NCBI GenBank assembly: GCA_040143965.1 | Contig: JASJQH010000059.1 | Location: 1-36,069, forward strand | Direction of reading: 5' to 3' | DNA: 36,069 nt | DNA from: Basidiobolus ranarum | Lineage: Eukaryota | Shown: positions 35,374 through 36,069 of the stretch, in pieces | How positions within the stretch are numbered: the stretch's first letter is position 1 | Layout: the number at the start of each line of letters is the position of its first letter | Made by a program: the position numbers and the translations under genes | Notes under the pieces: generated by a model | The model's database searches: none | What the model saw: only the letters and a program-made list of their open reading frames with translations | What the model was told of the DNA's origin: nothing

Positions 35374-35870
35374 CTATTTTGATTGAAAAACTTTGGCGTT
35401 GGGAAACCATTTGCTAGCTAACTGCTTAAATTCATCAGCTCTGGAAGATTTAAGGGTGTGAGCAAGGGATTCGTAGGCGGCAGTAACATTCTATATAGAA
35501 AAGAAAAGGTGAGTACATATCGGGTCGAGAGGTCAAAGTCAATCAAACACTACCTTTAAGGTGCGGGCTGATGCGTATTCATCTTTGCTGACTTCAAAAA
35601 GTAAATCCTCGGCTGAGGCCTTCTTGGATTGATCAATCAAGTAAATCGCCTCACTGGAAGCAATCAAGGCAGAGACGGATCCTTTGTTGTTCTCCAAAAA
35701 TCTCTTGTTGAATTCATCAAGTGGGGTATTAGGGGAATAAAGTGCGGCAAACTCTTGATCGATAACCTTACGAACGACTGGGTGAAGATCACTAGCACCA
35801 GTCACAGCTTGCTGAAGACGAATGATTTGTTTATGAAGGGTAGGGTTTTGGGCATCAATACGGTGAGCCT
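35374..35870 (-). CDS. NAA15: NatA auxiliary subunit Naa15/Nat1, last two exons (partial)
   Basis: AHRIDAQNPTLHKQIIRL...LHPVVRKVI..E...L.EFN..FL, then an intron (about 35492-35554), then ADEFK..A.KWFPNA.VF-stop, resembling the Naa15 C-terminus. Upstream exons are not identifiable in the window. Confidence 0.7.
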
Positions 35871-36069
35871 CTGAACAAGACTGTAGGTTGTGGTATATTG
35901 ATTCTGGAGCCTCTCAACATTTCTCTAATCAAAAAAACTGGTTTAAGACACTCAAAACTGACATAAACAAAAAGGTTTACATGGGAGATGACCAGCCACT
36001 GGAAGCTCTGGGAGTGGGAGAAATTGAAGCGGATCTTGGGGACATCTCTGGGGACATGTGTTTGACACT

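Noticed and set aside
15306-35554. Minor (U12-type) introns
   Set aside because: Donors I read are ordinary GT sites; no RTATCCTT 5' splice site was seen at an exon boundary

Overview
AT-rich eukaryotic genomic DNA with short GT-AG introns, most consistent with an early-diverging fungus. A Zoopagomycota/Basidiobolus-like source is my inference from gene content and intron style. The window has two parts. (1) About 1-14 kb is an accessory-looking block with no evident introns. It holds the 3' half of a CpG-depleted non-LTR retrotransposon ending in telomere-type (CCCTAA)n tracts, minisatellites, a disrupted secreted beta-trefoil (fascin-like) gene, an AA11-type LPMO with a CBM5/12 module, a fused eukaryotic urease, a bacterial-type YycE/VOC gene (likely horizontal transfer) and an Nvj2/TEX2-like PH-SMP gene. 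All six interstitial CCCTAA tracts lie in this block, on the same strand. (2) About 15-36 kb is compact housekeeping genes, mostly intron-rich: BAG1-like, katanin p80, C1D/Rrp47, Heh1/Src1 (LEM), MDL1-like ABC transporter, CutC (missed by the ORF track), Nup120/160, Rpf1 and the 3' end of NAA15/Nat1. Gene calls come from motif recognition only, and splice coordinates were read by eye.
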